NCBI GenBank assembly: GCA_045603825.1
Contig: JAZUMW010000121.1
Span: forward strand, 19,136-83,135
Length of the DNA stretch: 64,000 nt
Source: Faecousia sp.
GTDB lineage: Bacteria > Bacillota > Clostridia > Oscillospirales > Oscillospiraceae
Direction of reading: 5' to 3'
Part shown: positions 46,320 to 55,982 of the stretch, piece by piece
Numbering within the stretch: the first letter of the stretch is position 1
How the letters are laid out: each line of letters begins with the position of its first letter
Made by a program: the position numbers and the translations under genes
Notes under the pieces: model-generated
Databases searched by the model: none
What the model saw: only the letters and a program-made list of their open reading frames with translations
What the model was told of the DNA's origin: nothing

Positions 46320-46437
46320 AGCATCACCTCGTGGCAATATATGAAACCCACTCTCTTTTGTGCAGGGGATGATGCTATTTACAAGCAGGCATTTTTTTGC
46401 TATTATAAATACAACCGTTCCTTAAGGAGTGAAGAAA

Positions 46438-47817
46438 ATGTCAAACGGTTCTAAGATGGATATGGGTTCCGGCAGCATTGGAAAGTGGATGGTGCAGTTG
46501 GCCGTTCCCGCAATTTTGGGGCAGCTTGTCAACATGCTGTACAATATCGTCGACCGTATTTTTATCGGTCATATACCCGATATCGGTGCTGACGCCCTTA
46601 CCGGTGTGGGTTTGTTTACACCCATTCTCATGCTCATCACCGCATTTGCCCTGCTTGCCGGTGCAGGCGGTGCTCCTCGGGCAGCCATCTCCATGGGTAA
46701 AGGTGACAAGGAAACCGCAGAAAAGATCGTAGCAAACTGTTTTTCTGTTCTGCTGATAATGGCTGCTGTGCTAACGATTGTATTCTACATCACCGCTCCC
46801 TATCTGCTGGATTGGTTTGGCGGTAGTGAGGATACGCTGCCCTATGCCATTGAATACAGCCGTATTTACATCTTGGGCAGCATTTTTGTTTTTATTGTCA
46901 TGGGCATGAACCCGTTTATTACAACCCAGGGTTTTGCCAAAATCAGTATGCTCACCACAGTGATCGGCGCTGTTCTGAATATCATTCTGGACGCACTGTT
47001 TATCCATGTATTTAGTTTGGGTGTGACCGGCGCTGCCATTGCCACAGTAATCAGCCAGGCAGTCAGTGCACTTTGGATCCTGCTGTTCCTCACCGGTAAG
47101 CAGACAGTTTTGCGGCTGCAGTTGTCCAATATGAAGTTGCTCGGCAAGGTTGTCGGTCCTTGTTTAGGACTGGGCATTTCCTCTTTTGTAATGATCTCCA
47201 CAGAAAGCATTCTGTCGATCAGCTTCACCTCCTCTCTTTCCCGCTACGGCGGAGATACCGCAGTAGGCGCAATGACCGTTTTGACCAGTATCAATATGTT
47301 GGTTTCCATGCCTTTGAACGGTCTGTGTCAGGGCGGTCAGCCGTTGATCAGCTACAACTACGGCGCAAAAAAACTTGACCGCGTAAAAAAAGCCTTTACC
47401 TGTCAGTTTGTCTCCTGCGTTGCTTACGCTACAGCCTTGTGGCTGGCTCTTATGATCGTGCCCGGTGCTTTTGCGGGTATCTTTACCCCCGACATAGAAT
47501 TGAAAGCATACACCGCATGGGCACTGCGGATTTTCCTGGCCGGTGCTTTCTCTGTTGGTTTCCAAATCAGCTGCCAACAAGCATTTGTAGCATTGGGGCA
47601 AGCAAAGATCAGTTTATTTATGGCATGTCTGCGAAAGCTTATCCTGCTGATTCCTATGATCTTCATTCTCCCCCTGTTTTTCCAAACCAATGCAGACAAG
47701 GCATTTGCTGTGTTTTTGGCTGAGCCTGTCAGCGACATTACCGCCGCGACTGTTACCACTATCACATTCTTGCTGTTTTTCAGAAAAATGCTGAAGAACG
47801 GAAAAGGTAACCCCTAA
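46438..47817 (+). CDS. MATE-family efflux transporter
   Basis: LYNIVDRIFIG, NIILD.LFI, GAAIATVISQ, QPLISYNYGA. Confidence 0.92.
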   Translation: MSNGSKMDMGSGSIGKWMVQLAVPAILGQLVNMLYNIVDRIFIGHIPDIGADALTGVGLFTPILMLITAFALLAGAGGAPRAAISMGKGDKETAEKIVANCFSVLLIMAAVLTIVFYITAPYLLDWFGGSEDTLPYAIEYSRIYILGSIFVFIVMGMNPFITTQGFAKISMLTTVIGAVLNIILDALFIHVFSLGVTGAAIATVISQAVSALWILLFLTGKQTVLRLQLSNMKLLGKVVGPCLGLGISSFVMISTESILSISFTSSLSRYGGDTAVGAMTVLTSINMLVSMPLNGLCQGGQPLISYNYGAKKLDRVKKAFTCQFVSCVAYATALWLALMIVPGAFAGIFTPDIELKAYTAWALRIFLAGAFSVGFQISCQQAFVALGQAKISLFMACLRKLILLIPMIFILPLFFQTNADKAFAVFLAEPVSDITAATVTTITFLLFFRKMLKNGKGNP

Positions 47818-47823
47818 CACAAA

Positions 47824-47859
47824 AAAGCAAACCGCCGAAGCATTGCTTCGGCGGGCTTT
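47824..47859. terminator. Bidirectional terminator
   Basis: CCGCCGAAGCA-T-TGCTTCGGCGG. Confidence 0.8.
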
Positions 47860-47860
47860 A

Positions 47861-48661
47861 TTATAGGGCATGTAAGATCTCGCCGCAATCCTGCAGAACA
47901 AGATGGGGCTTATCCGCAGATGCTTCCAAGATCTCCGGTGTGGTCTCGCCACTCATCACCAGAATGCCTGTAATACCCGCATTCAGTCCGGACTTTATGT
48001 CCGTATAAATTCGGTCACCCACAACAGCAGTCTCCTCTCGGCAGAAGCCTGCATGCTCCATGGCAAGCTCCGGCATCAGCGGACTGGGCTTTCCGATCAC
48101 CACTGGCCGGCGTCCGGTGGCATTAAAGATCATCTGGCAGATACTGCCGCAGTCCGGAACACTTCCGTACTCCGTAGGACAGACCAGATCGGGATTCGTT
48201 GCGATGTAGGGAATATCCTCTCGGGTCAGCAGGAGTTTACTGACATCCTCCAGCTTTTGAAAAGTCAGTTCTGTATCAAAGCCCATGACCACACATTCCA
48301 CCTGATCCAGTTGGGTGGTGGTGACAAAGCCCTCTTCTTCCAGTTCTCTGGCCAAAGAACCCGTACCGCAAACATACAGCCGTTTGCCGGGGTGGTATTT
48401 TTTCAGATAGTATGCCGTTGCCTGGGAGGATGTGATAAAATCCTCACGGACAGCCTTGATTCCCATTTTATCCAGCTTTTTGATATAATCCTCCACGCTT
48501 TTGGAGGAATTATTGGTCATGAACATATATCTTCTGCCGGTGGCTTTGATCCGTTCCAGCATGGGAACCGTGAAATCATACAACCGATTGCCAAGATACA
48601 GTGTTCCGTCCTGATCAAAAAGAAAAAGCTTTATGTTTTGTATAACCGTTTTTTTATCCAT
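47861..48661 (-). CDS. HAD-IIA (NagD-like) phosphatase
   Basis: FDQDGT, TNNSS, TNPD, GKP, VGDRIYTDI. Confidence 0.9.
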   Translation of the reverse strand: MDKKTVIQNIKLFLFDQDGTLYLGNRLYDFTVPMLERIKATGRRYMFMTNNSSKSVEDYIKKLDKMGIKAVREDFITSSQATAYYLKKYHPGKRLYVCGTGSLARELEEEGFVTTTQLDQVECVVMGFDTELTFQKLEDVSKLLLTREDIPYIATNPDLVCPTEYGSVPDCGSICQMIFNATGRRPVVIGKPSPLMPELAMEHAGFCREETAVVGDRIYTDIKSGLNAGITGILVMSGETTPEILEASADKPHLVLQDCGEILHAL

Positions 48662-48664
48662 TTT

Positions 48665-48877
48665 TTAATTCTTCTTGATATTTCTCGCCACACGGCTTGT
48701 GCGCGCATAAAGGAATACATCCTGGGATACTGTCAGATCAAAGCTCTCGTGTGCGACATAATTGGATGCTCCGGATTGCCGGTGCACAGACTTCAGCTGA
48801 CTTTTCATAACACCGACAACGATGAACGCGATGAACAAGCCTACAAGAATGCTAATCAGCCACAGTGGAACTCCCAT
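48665..48877 (-). CDS. 70-aa TM protein resembling the C-terminal tail of TPM-domain proteins
   Basis: GGAGG RBS; TM then MKSQLKSV..Q..ASNYV...F.LT.SQD.FLY. Confidence 0.6.
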   Translation of the reverse strand: MGVPLWLISILVGLFIAFIVVGVMKSQLKSVHRQSGASNYVAHESFDLTVSQDVFLYARTSRVARNIKKN

Positions 48878-48880
48878 ATC

Positions 48881-49960
48881 TTATCCTCCAAATCCCAGCA
48901 GCATACCCAGCAGATAGGCTGCAACCGTTCCAATAACCGCGATCAGCGCAAACCATCTCCAGTATGCGCCCTTATCCACAGGCAGGTCTCCCACGAATTT
49001 TCCTGTTTGGCCGTTCATGGCGAAGGTATAGTCCTTGCCCTGATAATGGGTGGTAAGAAGCCAGACCGGAAGCAGTGCATAGCGGACACGGCTGTTATCC
49101 AGAGAGATATTTGCGTTCTTGGTATCGATTGTATCGTAATGCTCCGCAGTTTCCCGGAAAGCCTGCACTGTACCTTCATGGATACGCTCATTGGCGCGGG
49201 GCTGGGCAGCTTCGCTGCTTACATCATATTTATCTGCCAGATAGCCTGCCAAATACGCGGCATTGAATTCCTGCGCCTGTGTCAGGTCATAAGGCTCGAT
49301 GGATTCCATCAGTTCATCGGCCATTTTGGTAGAGCCGTCCACCGGAACCGCCTCAAAGGCTATCATACCGGCACGGCGAAGGCTGAAGTACTTTGTCTGC
49401 GTATATGTGTAAGCAGCATCGCTCCAACGCTTGACCTTGGTGGCGTTATACTGAATATCCGCCTGCACCTGTGCGTCATAGAGCCAGAACGGAACATACA
49501 CACCCTGTATCCGTTCAATTCGGTTCTGGGAGCGAAACAGCTTGGGAAGCAGCTTCTTGCCGGACATGTGCCGTTTCAGCGCGTCCATAGCTGCCTGCTT
49601 GTCCAGTTTAAAGGGAATGATCAGATCCGGGCGAAGCGTTCCCGTAACGCAGCGGGTCATAACCACCGGATTGTCACAGTAAGGGCAGTTGGTTGCCGCA
49701 GTATTCTCATCACAGATCAGTTCGCCACCGCAGGACTGGCAGGTATATGTACACATATTTTCTGCCTGCCACTGTTCCCCCTCTGGCTCAGACCATTGCA
49801 TATCTACTGTGGATGTGCTTTTGCTGGACTTGGCCAGCTCTTCCACCGCTTCCGGTGTAAATTCCGTATCACAAAACGGGCACTTAACCTTCTGGGAGGC
49901 AGGCTTGAATTCCAGTCCACCACCACACGCGGGGCATTCAAATTCCAATAAAGCTGCCAT
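48881..49960 (-). CDS. Double Zn-ribbon membrane protein
   Basis: CPACGG/CPFC, CQSCGG/CPYC, YVPFW, LPVW, NGQTGK..G..P, C-terminal TM. Confidence 0.82.
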   Translation of the reverse strand: MAALLEFECPACGGGLEFKPASQKVKCPFCDTEFTPEAVEELAKSSKSTSTVDMQWSEPEGEQWQAENMCTYTCQSCGGELICDENTAATNCPYCDNPVVMTRCVTGTLRPDLIIPFKLDKQAAMDALKRHMSGKKLLPKLFRSQNRIERIQGVYVPFWLYDAQVQADIQYNATKVKRWSDAAYTYTQTKYFSLRRAGMIAFEAVPVDGSTKMADELMESIEPYDLTQAQEFNAAYLAGYLADKYDVSSEAAQPRANERIHEGTVQAFRETAEHYDTIDTKNANISLDNSRVRYALLPVWLLTTHYQGKDYTFAMNGQTGKFVGDLPVDKGAYWRWFALIAVIGTVAAYLLGMLLGFGG

Positions 49961-49980
49961 AACCGACCTCCTTAAAAGGA

Positions 49981-51294
49981 TCAAATGATGTCGTCTTCGT
50001 TAATACGGTCACCGCACTCCGGACAGAACTTGGGAGGATTCTTGGGATCTTCAGGTTCCCAGCCACACTTATCACACTTATAACGAGGTGCGCTTTCCGG
50101 TTTCTTTGCGCCGCACTCACCGCAGAATTTACCCTTATTCACACTTCCGCAGGCACACTTCCAGCCTTCAGCAGGCTTTTTTGCACCGCATTCGGTGCAG
50201 AACTTGCCGCTGGCAATATTGCCACAGGCACACTTCCAGCCTTCAGCAGGCGCGGTCTGAACAGGTGCGCTCTGAGCAGGTGCCTGTTGCTGACCCATGG
50301 TGAACAGATTCTGTACATTGGAGCCGCCGGCATTCATAGCCATACCCATGCCCATAAAGCCTGTCATAGCGCCGCCTTCGTTGGCAGCGGCAGCCTTCAT
50401 GGCATCGGCCTGTGCGCCCACAAGGGTGGCTGCGGCCATGGTGGGATCCCGCATAATAGCAGTACGCTGGGCCTGCTTGATCAGCTCGGCATCCTCTTCA
50501 GGCAAGGTCACGGAGCCCAATGCGATGCTGACCACTGTCAGACCCCGCAGCTGTGTCCACTTGGCAGACAGTGCCTCATTCATGGCACCTTCCAACGCAG
50601 TAGTGTGGGTAACGATCTCGTTGGGGCGCATCTGAAGCGCAGACAGCTTGCCAAAAGCAGGCTGCAAGGCGCTGATAAACTCCGTCTTCAGCTGAGACTC
50701 CAGCTCCTGACGGCGGTAGATCTGTGCTACATTGCCACAGACATTGGTATAGAACAGCAGAGGATCCTGGATCTTGTAGGAATAGACACCGGAGCAACGG
50801 ACAGAAACATCCAGATCCAGACCGATCTTCTGGTCAACCACACGGAAAGGAATGGGATTGGGCGTACCGAACTTATTGTCCAGCAGTTCTTTGGTGTTCA
50901 CATAGTACACACGCTGATCCTTGCCGGTATCGCCGCCATAGGTAAAACGCTTGCCAATGGTCTTGAAGGTCTGCTTGATGCTCTCTCCAAGATTGCCTGC
51001 AAAAATGCTGGGTTCTGTAGAAGCATCGTATGTATACTCACCGGGTTCAGCACAGACTTCCACAATTTTTCCCTGCTCCACGATCATCATGCACTGGCCG
51101 TCTGCCACAGCAATACCGGAGCCGTTGGAAATAATGTTGTCATTTCCCTTTGTATTGGAGGTACGGCTGGTTGTGCGTTTGCTTCCTTTGAGCACAAGTA
51201 CATCTGCGCCCATTGCATCGCAGTAGAAGAACTCCTTCCACTGATCTGCCAGAGTGCCGCCCAGGGCACCGATTCCTGCTTTAATAAGACCCAT
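49981..51294 (-). CDS. SPFH/Band-7 (YdjI-like) protein with C-terminal Zn ribbons
   Basis: NGS.I.V..GQ, EPGEY, KFGTPNP, GMGM; W.C.CG..GKFC.ECG twice, CDKCG..CPECG. Confidence 0.85.
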   Translation of the reverse strand: MGLIKAGIGALGGTLADQWKEFFYCDAMGADVLVLKGSKRTTSRTSNTKGNDNIISNGSGIAVADGQCMMIVEQGKIVEVCAEPGEYTYDASTEPSIFAGNLGESIKQTFKTIGKRFTYGGDTGKDQRVYYVNTKELLDNKFGTPNPIPFRVVDQKIGLDLDVSVRCSGVYSYKIQDPLLFYTNVCGNVAQIYRRQELESQLKTEFISALQPAFGKLSALQMRPNEIVTHTTALEGAMNEALSAKWTQLRGLTVVSIALGSVTLPEEDAELIKQAQRTAIMRDPTMAAATLVGAQADAMKAAAANEGGAMTGFMGMGMAMNAGGSNVQNLFTMGQQQAPAQSAPVQTAPAEGWKCACGNIASGKFCTECGAKKPAEGWKCACGSVNKGKFCGECGAKKPESAPRYKCDKCGWEPEDPKNPPKFCPECGDRINEDDII

Positions 51295-51625
51295 AATTTT
51301 TCTCCTCTCATATTTTTAATGGTATTCTTCTTGTATTATAACACCCTTATTTCCATATTGCCACTATTTTTTCACGGAAAATACCGCCACTTTCCCGTGA
51401 ATGCATTGTTTTTGAGATCGTAAGCGCAGATTGTTCACATACAGTTTCCATTTTTCGGCACGAATTCAAATTGCTATGCCAAACAGCACCGTTGCTACGG
51501 TGCTGTTTTTGTAGGAATTACCAAAGTCCGCGCAGGACAAACATTATTTTTGTTTTTTGCTTGATTTTATAAAATTTTTGAATACAATGGTTCTATATTC
51601 CCCTCCCGAAAGGATGGTTGTATTT

Positions 51626-52633
51626 ATGAACACTGTATACATCCCCCAGGGTTACAAGCCCGCATTAGATGAGTATGATACCCAGCGCGCCATCGCATAT
51701 ATTAAAAGAACCTTTCAGGATGAGTTTTCTGCCGCATTGAATCTGAAGCGGGTATCCGCACCCTTGTTCGTCACCCAGGACTCCGGTCTGAACGATAACC
51801 TGTACGGCTATGAACGGCCTGTTTCCTTTGATGTCCCCGCAGTTGGTGCTGAAGCTCAGGTAGTACACTCCCTTGCCAAGTGGAAGCGCCTTGCCCTGAA
51901 GCGGTACAATTTTGGTATCGGCGGCGGTCTGTACACGGATATGAACGCCATCCGTCGGGATGAAGCGCTGGATAATATCCACTCCATTTATGTGGATCAG
52001 TGGGACTGGGAAAAGATCATTACCCAGGAAAACCGGAATCTGGACTATTTGAAGCTTATCGTGCGGGCCATTGTAAAGGCGATCTGTGAAACCAACGATC
52101 AACTCCATGTGCGCTTTCCCCAGCTGCAGATCAAGCTGAGTCGGGAAGTTTCCTTTATCACCACCCAGGAGCTGGAAGACCTGTATCCGGATATGACCGG
52201 TTCCCAGCGGGAAAATGCCTATGTAAAAGAACATCCCACCGCCTGTATTATGCAGATCGGCGGGCAGCTCCGCTCCGGAAAACCTCATGACGGCCGCGCT
52301 CCGGACTATGACGACTGGCAGCTCAACTGTGATATTTTCTTTTGGGATGAGGTACTGAACCGGGCGCTGGAGATCTCCTCCATGGGTATCCGCGTGGATG
52401 CGGAATCCCTTGACCGCCAACTGACCCTGGCAGGCTGCGATGACCGCCGGCAGTTGCCCTTCCACAAAATGCTTCTGGCTGACGAATTGCCCTTGACCAT
52501 CGGTGGCGGTATTGGCCAGTCCCGGCTGTGCCTGCTGATGATGGGCTGTGCTCACATCGGTGAGGTTCAGTCCAGCGTTTGGGATCAGCAAACGGTAGAC
52601 TCCTGTGAAAAAGCCGGCATAAGGCTGCTGTAA
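51626..52633 (+). CDS. asnA: Aspartate--ammonia ligase
   Basis: GLNDNL.G.E, VHSLAKWKR, DMNAIRRDE, YVDQWDWE, RAPDYDDW, GGGIGQSR. Confidence 0.96.
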   Translation: MNTVYIPQGYKPALDEYDTQRAIAYIKRTFQDEFSAALNLKRVSAPLFVTQDSGLNDNLYGYERPVSFDVPAVGAEAQVVHSLAKWKRLALKRYNFGIGGGLYTDMNAIRRDEALDNIHSIYVDQWDWEKIITQENRNLDYLKLIVRAIVKAICETNDQLHVRFPQLQIKLSREVSFITTQELEDLYPDMTGSQRENAYVKEHPTACIMQIGGQLRSGKPHDGRAPDYDDWQLNCDIFFWDEVLNRALEISSMGIRVDAESLDRQLTLAGCDDRRQLPFHKMLLADELPLTIGGGIGQSRLCLLMMGCAHIGEVQSSVWDQQTVDSCEKAGIRLL

Positions 52634-52677
52634 ATAAAAGCGGAGGCAGACCCAAGGGGTGCCCCCGCTTTTATTTA
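52631..52677. terminator. Bidirectional terminator
   Basis: TAAATAAAAGCGG...CCGCTTTTATTTA. Confidence 0.75.
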
Positions 52678-54483
52678 GTTGAGAACAATTGCCTGCAAAG
52701 GTGCGATATACTGCTCACGGCGGCGATCCTGTTCTGCTCTGTAAGCAGCGTCGTTGCCGGAGTGGATCTCACGCAGGTAATCGTAGTGATTGTGCTTGAT
52801 AGCCTCGTTGTTTCTTGCAAGCATCATAACAGCAATGGAAGAACACTGGTCGGATGCGCGCTCCATGTATGTCAGCATTTCCATGAATACCAGGCCGCTG
52901 CCAACATTACATGCACCAGTCTTCAACCGCTTGGTGTGGCGATCCTTCAGAATCATGACCATGTCATCGATAACCTCTTCCAGAGGCTCGATGTTTTTAG
53001 CTGCATCGTTGTCGTTGGTAGCAAATGCGTTGACGGTAATGTTCAGGATCTCATTAACGGCATCACACAGAATCGCCAGTTCCTTCTGTGCCATATTGGA
53101 GAAGCAGGCGCTGTCGTTTTGCAGCTGCTGTGCCAGTTCAACCATGTTGGTTGCATAGTCACCGATACGCTCAAAATTGGGAACGGTCTGCATCAGCATA
53201 TCCACCTGGCGGTCATCCATTTCAGTTTCCACAACTTTGGACAGGCCGATCAGGAACTTATCCGCTGCATCGGCAAACTGATCCAAACAGTTCTCATCGT
53301 CATCGATGAGAGGATGCACGGATTCATCGTAAACAGCAAGCTGTTTACAGCCCCTTGCAAAGTTATCAATGGCAATAGTACCCATCGCCGCAATTGCTCT
53401 GGTGGCTTCACCAACAGCCACGGCAGGAGAAATATACAGATTCTCTGTAAGGGTATGCAGTTCGGGATGTGCGGGTTCCTTCACAGGCTCGTCCTTGACA
53501 ACCACGGTAGACAGCTTTACCAGCAAATTTGTAAAGGGCAGCAACACCACGGCGGTTAAAATGTTAAAGACAGATTGGAAGGTTGCGATAACGATCTCGT
53601 CAACGGGCTGATACCAGAATTCCTTTCCAAATACCAGGAAGTGCTGCAGAATGCTCATAACTGTCATAAACAGCACAGTGCCGATAACATTGAAAACCAC
53701 ATGCACAACACCGGTACGCTTGGAGTCCCGGGGAGACTGGCCAACAAAGCAATAGAACGCGGTAACGATACAAGTACCGATATTGATACCCATGATAATG
53801 GGATAGACCGCGGAAAAGTCCAGTGCGCCAGTTGAGGACAGGGTCTGAAGCATTGCAACCGTTGCAGAGGAACTCTGCACGATAACTGTCAGCACCAAAC
53901 CGGAAATAATACCCAAGATGGGAGACTCAGAGAACTTAGCCAGCATTTCCATAAAAGCGGGATTGTTTGCAAAGCCCTTCACAGCACCGGTCATATTCAT
54001 CAGGCCAACAAACAGGATACCGAAGCCGATGCAGATGTCGCCCACTGTCTTGGACTTCTTGCTCTTAATAAACATAATCAGCACAATACCGATGGCCAAT
54101 GCGATAGGCGCAAGGGTATCGGTGTCAAACAGCCACAAAATCCAGTTGCCGCCGGACTCCACAAACGCCAGGGATGTCAGCCATGCGGTGATCGTCGTAC
54201 CGATGTTTGCACCAAGCACAATAGAGACAGCCTGCTTTAGGTTCAGTACACCGGCGCCGATCAGGGCAACTGCCAGAACAATGGTGGCAGTGGAGCTCTG
54301 GATCACGGCTGTTACAAGCGTACCGGTCAAAACACCTGTAACCACATTTCCGGTTACCTTCTCCAGAACACGCTTCAATGCTGCACCGGAGCTGTTTTTC
54401 AGACCATCACCCATAACTTCAATACCGTACAGGAACATGGCCAGACCACCCAGCATCTGAATGATGGCACTAAGAATTTCCAT
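52675..54483 (-). CDS. Na+/Pi cotransporter with PhoU-like tail
   Basis: QSSTAT/QSSSAT repeats, GANIGTT, ERIGD. Confidence 0.92.
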   Translation of the reverse strand: MEILSAIIQMLGGLAMFLYGIEVMGDGLKNSSGAALKRVLEKVTGNVVTGVLTGTLVTAVIQSSTATIVLAVALIGAGVLNLKQAVSIVLGANIGTTITAWLTSLAFVESGGNWILWLFDTDTLAPIALAIGIVLIMFIKSKKSKTVGDICIGFGILFVGLMNMTGAVKGFANNPAFMEMLAKFSESPILGIISGLVLTVIVQSSSATVAMLQTLSSTGALDFSAVYPIIMGINIGTCIVTAFYCFVGQSPRDSKRTGVVHVVFNVIGTVLFMTVMSILQHFLVFGKEFWYQPVDEIVIATFQSVFNILTAVVLLPFTNLLVKLSTVVVKDEPVKEPAHPELHTLTENLYISPAVAVGEATRAIAAMGTIAIDNFARGCKQLAVYDESVHPLIDDDENCLDQFADAADKFLIGLSKVVETEMDDRQVDMLMQTVPNFERIGDYATNMVELAQQLQNDSACFSNMAQKELAILCDAVNEILNITVNAFATNDNDAAKNIEPLEEVIDDMVMILKDRHTKRLKTGACNVGSGLVFMEMLTYMERASDQCSSIAVMMLARNNEAIKHNHYDYLREIHSGNDAAYRAEQDRRREQYIAPLQAIVLN

Positions 54484-54592
54484 GCGAACCTCCTATTTCA
54501 AAACGAAATACAGGTCAAAATCAACCTACTGTAAATTATAAGTAAAATATGTGCAAATGTATATAGGGCAAATTAAACAATTTTTGACAATT

Positions 54593-55030
54593 TTATTTTC
54601 CTGTGGACCCGAACCCGCCTACGCCCCGGTCAGTATCGGACAGTTTCTCCGTCTCCTCGTAAGCAGGGGTCAGTACCGGTGTAATGAGAAACTGTGCCAC
54701 ACGCTCTCCGTGCTCCACTGTCTGGGGCTGTTTTCCGTGGTTCAGCAGGACAACACGGATCTCTCCCCGGTAGTCGCTGTCAATGACACCAACCTTGTTG
54801 GCAGGGGCCAGTCCCCGCTTGGCACCCATGCTGCTGCGGGCATAAACAAGACCTGCACAGCCCTTGGGCACTTCCAGAGCAATTCCGGTGGGGATCCAGG
54901 CCGTCTCACCGGGCTGGATGGTTACGGCTTCATCCAGGCAGGCATGCAGGTCCGCGCCGGCAGCCTCCGCAGAGCCGTAGGACGGTAAAAGCGCATCGGG
55001 TCTTAATTTTTTTACGCGAATGATACCCAT
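54593..55030 (-). CDS. dut: dUTP diphosphatase
   Basis: AGADL, ARSS, GVIDSDYRGE, RVAQ, RG.GGFGSTG. Confidence 0.96.
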   Translation of the reverse strand: MGIIRVKKLRPDALLPSYGSAEAAGADLHACLDEAVTIQPGETAWIPTGIALEVPKGCAGLVYARSSMGAKRGLAPANKVGVIDSDYRGEIRVVLLNHGKQPQTVEHGERVAQFLITPVLTPAYEETEKLSDTDRGVGGFGSTGK

Positions 55031-55977
55031 TATATTTCATCCTTTTCCGTAACATATTTTTTAATAAAGTCTATAACGGCGGCCGTGTAGCTGTAGCCGT
55101 CCGTCAAAAAACTCAAGCCATGCTCCGCTCCCTCCACCAGAAGCAGCGCTTTATCACCGGCGCAGTACTGAAACGCCTGCTGCGTCATTTGGCATGGCAC
55201 AAAGCCATCATCCTTCCCGTGGATCAACAGCACCGGCAAACGGCTGTTGGGCAAAATTTTTCTCGTATCACGCTCCCACAGACTGAAGCCTGCAAAAAGC
55301 CTTGCAAACAAGCCCGCTGCCCAGATGCTGGGAGTAGCCGGCAGGTGTATCACATTCTTATACACCGAGGTGAGGATCGCCGCGGGAGAAGTAAAGCCAC
55401 AGTCGGCAATGATCCCTTTCACATTGATAGGCAGTTCCCTGTCTGCCAGATATAACATGGTGGAAGCACCCATGGAGATGCCAAACAGCATCATGGGCAC
55501 TGCTCCAAACCAGTCATTGTGATACCGGATCCAGCCGTCCATATCCCGGCTTTCCTTGACGCCGAAGGTAATGAACCGTCCCTGGCTCTGCCCGTGGGTC
55601 CGCTGCTCCGGCACCAGGATATTCCATCCCAGTCTGTGGAACAGTTCAAAGCCCAAATGGCAGTCCACCAGCATGGTGCTGCGGTAGCCGTGGGCCATCA
55701 GCACCGTGCCCCTTGCGTTCTCCGCCGGGATCCACAGGGCATGAAGCCGCAGCCCGTCATGGCTTGTGATATACACATCCTGCGCCCGGTTCTCCATCAG
55801 AAAGCGGTGGGAATCCAAAATCACGGGATAATACTTACCCCAGGGTGTTTCCTTTGCCTGCTCTTTGTCCAGCCAGTTAATATCCTTTTTCGCCAGACAG
55901 CCGATAATAAATACATAACATCCGCTCACCAGCGTTAAAATAATAACAGCAATCAGGATAAACAGCAGTGGTGACAT
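55030..55977 (-). CDS. Alpha/beta hydrolase
   Basis: HGY, HGQSQG, GISMG, HG..D.FVP, GAEH. Confidence 0.88.
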   Translation of the reverse strand: MSPLLFILIAVIILTLVSGCYVFIIGCLAKKDINWLDKEQAKETPWGKYYPVILDSHRFLMENRAQDVYITSHDGLRLHALWIPAENARGTVLMAHGYRSTMLVDCHLGFELFHRLGWNILVPEQRTHGQSQGRFITFGVKESRDMDGWIRYHNDWFGAVPMMLFGISMGASTMLYLADRELPINVKGIIADCGFTSPAAILTSVYKNVIHLPATPSIWAAGLFARLFAGFSLWERDTRKILPNSRLPVLLIHGKDDGFVPCQMTQQAFQYCAGDKALLLVEGAEHGLSFLTDGYSYTAAVIDFIKKYVTEKDEI

Positions 55978-55982
55978 TCCGG

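Noticed and set aside
47903-49951. 682-aa plus-strand ORF
   Set aside because: Antisense to three well-supported minus-strand genes; no motifs
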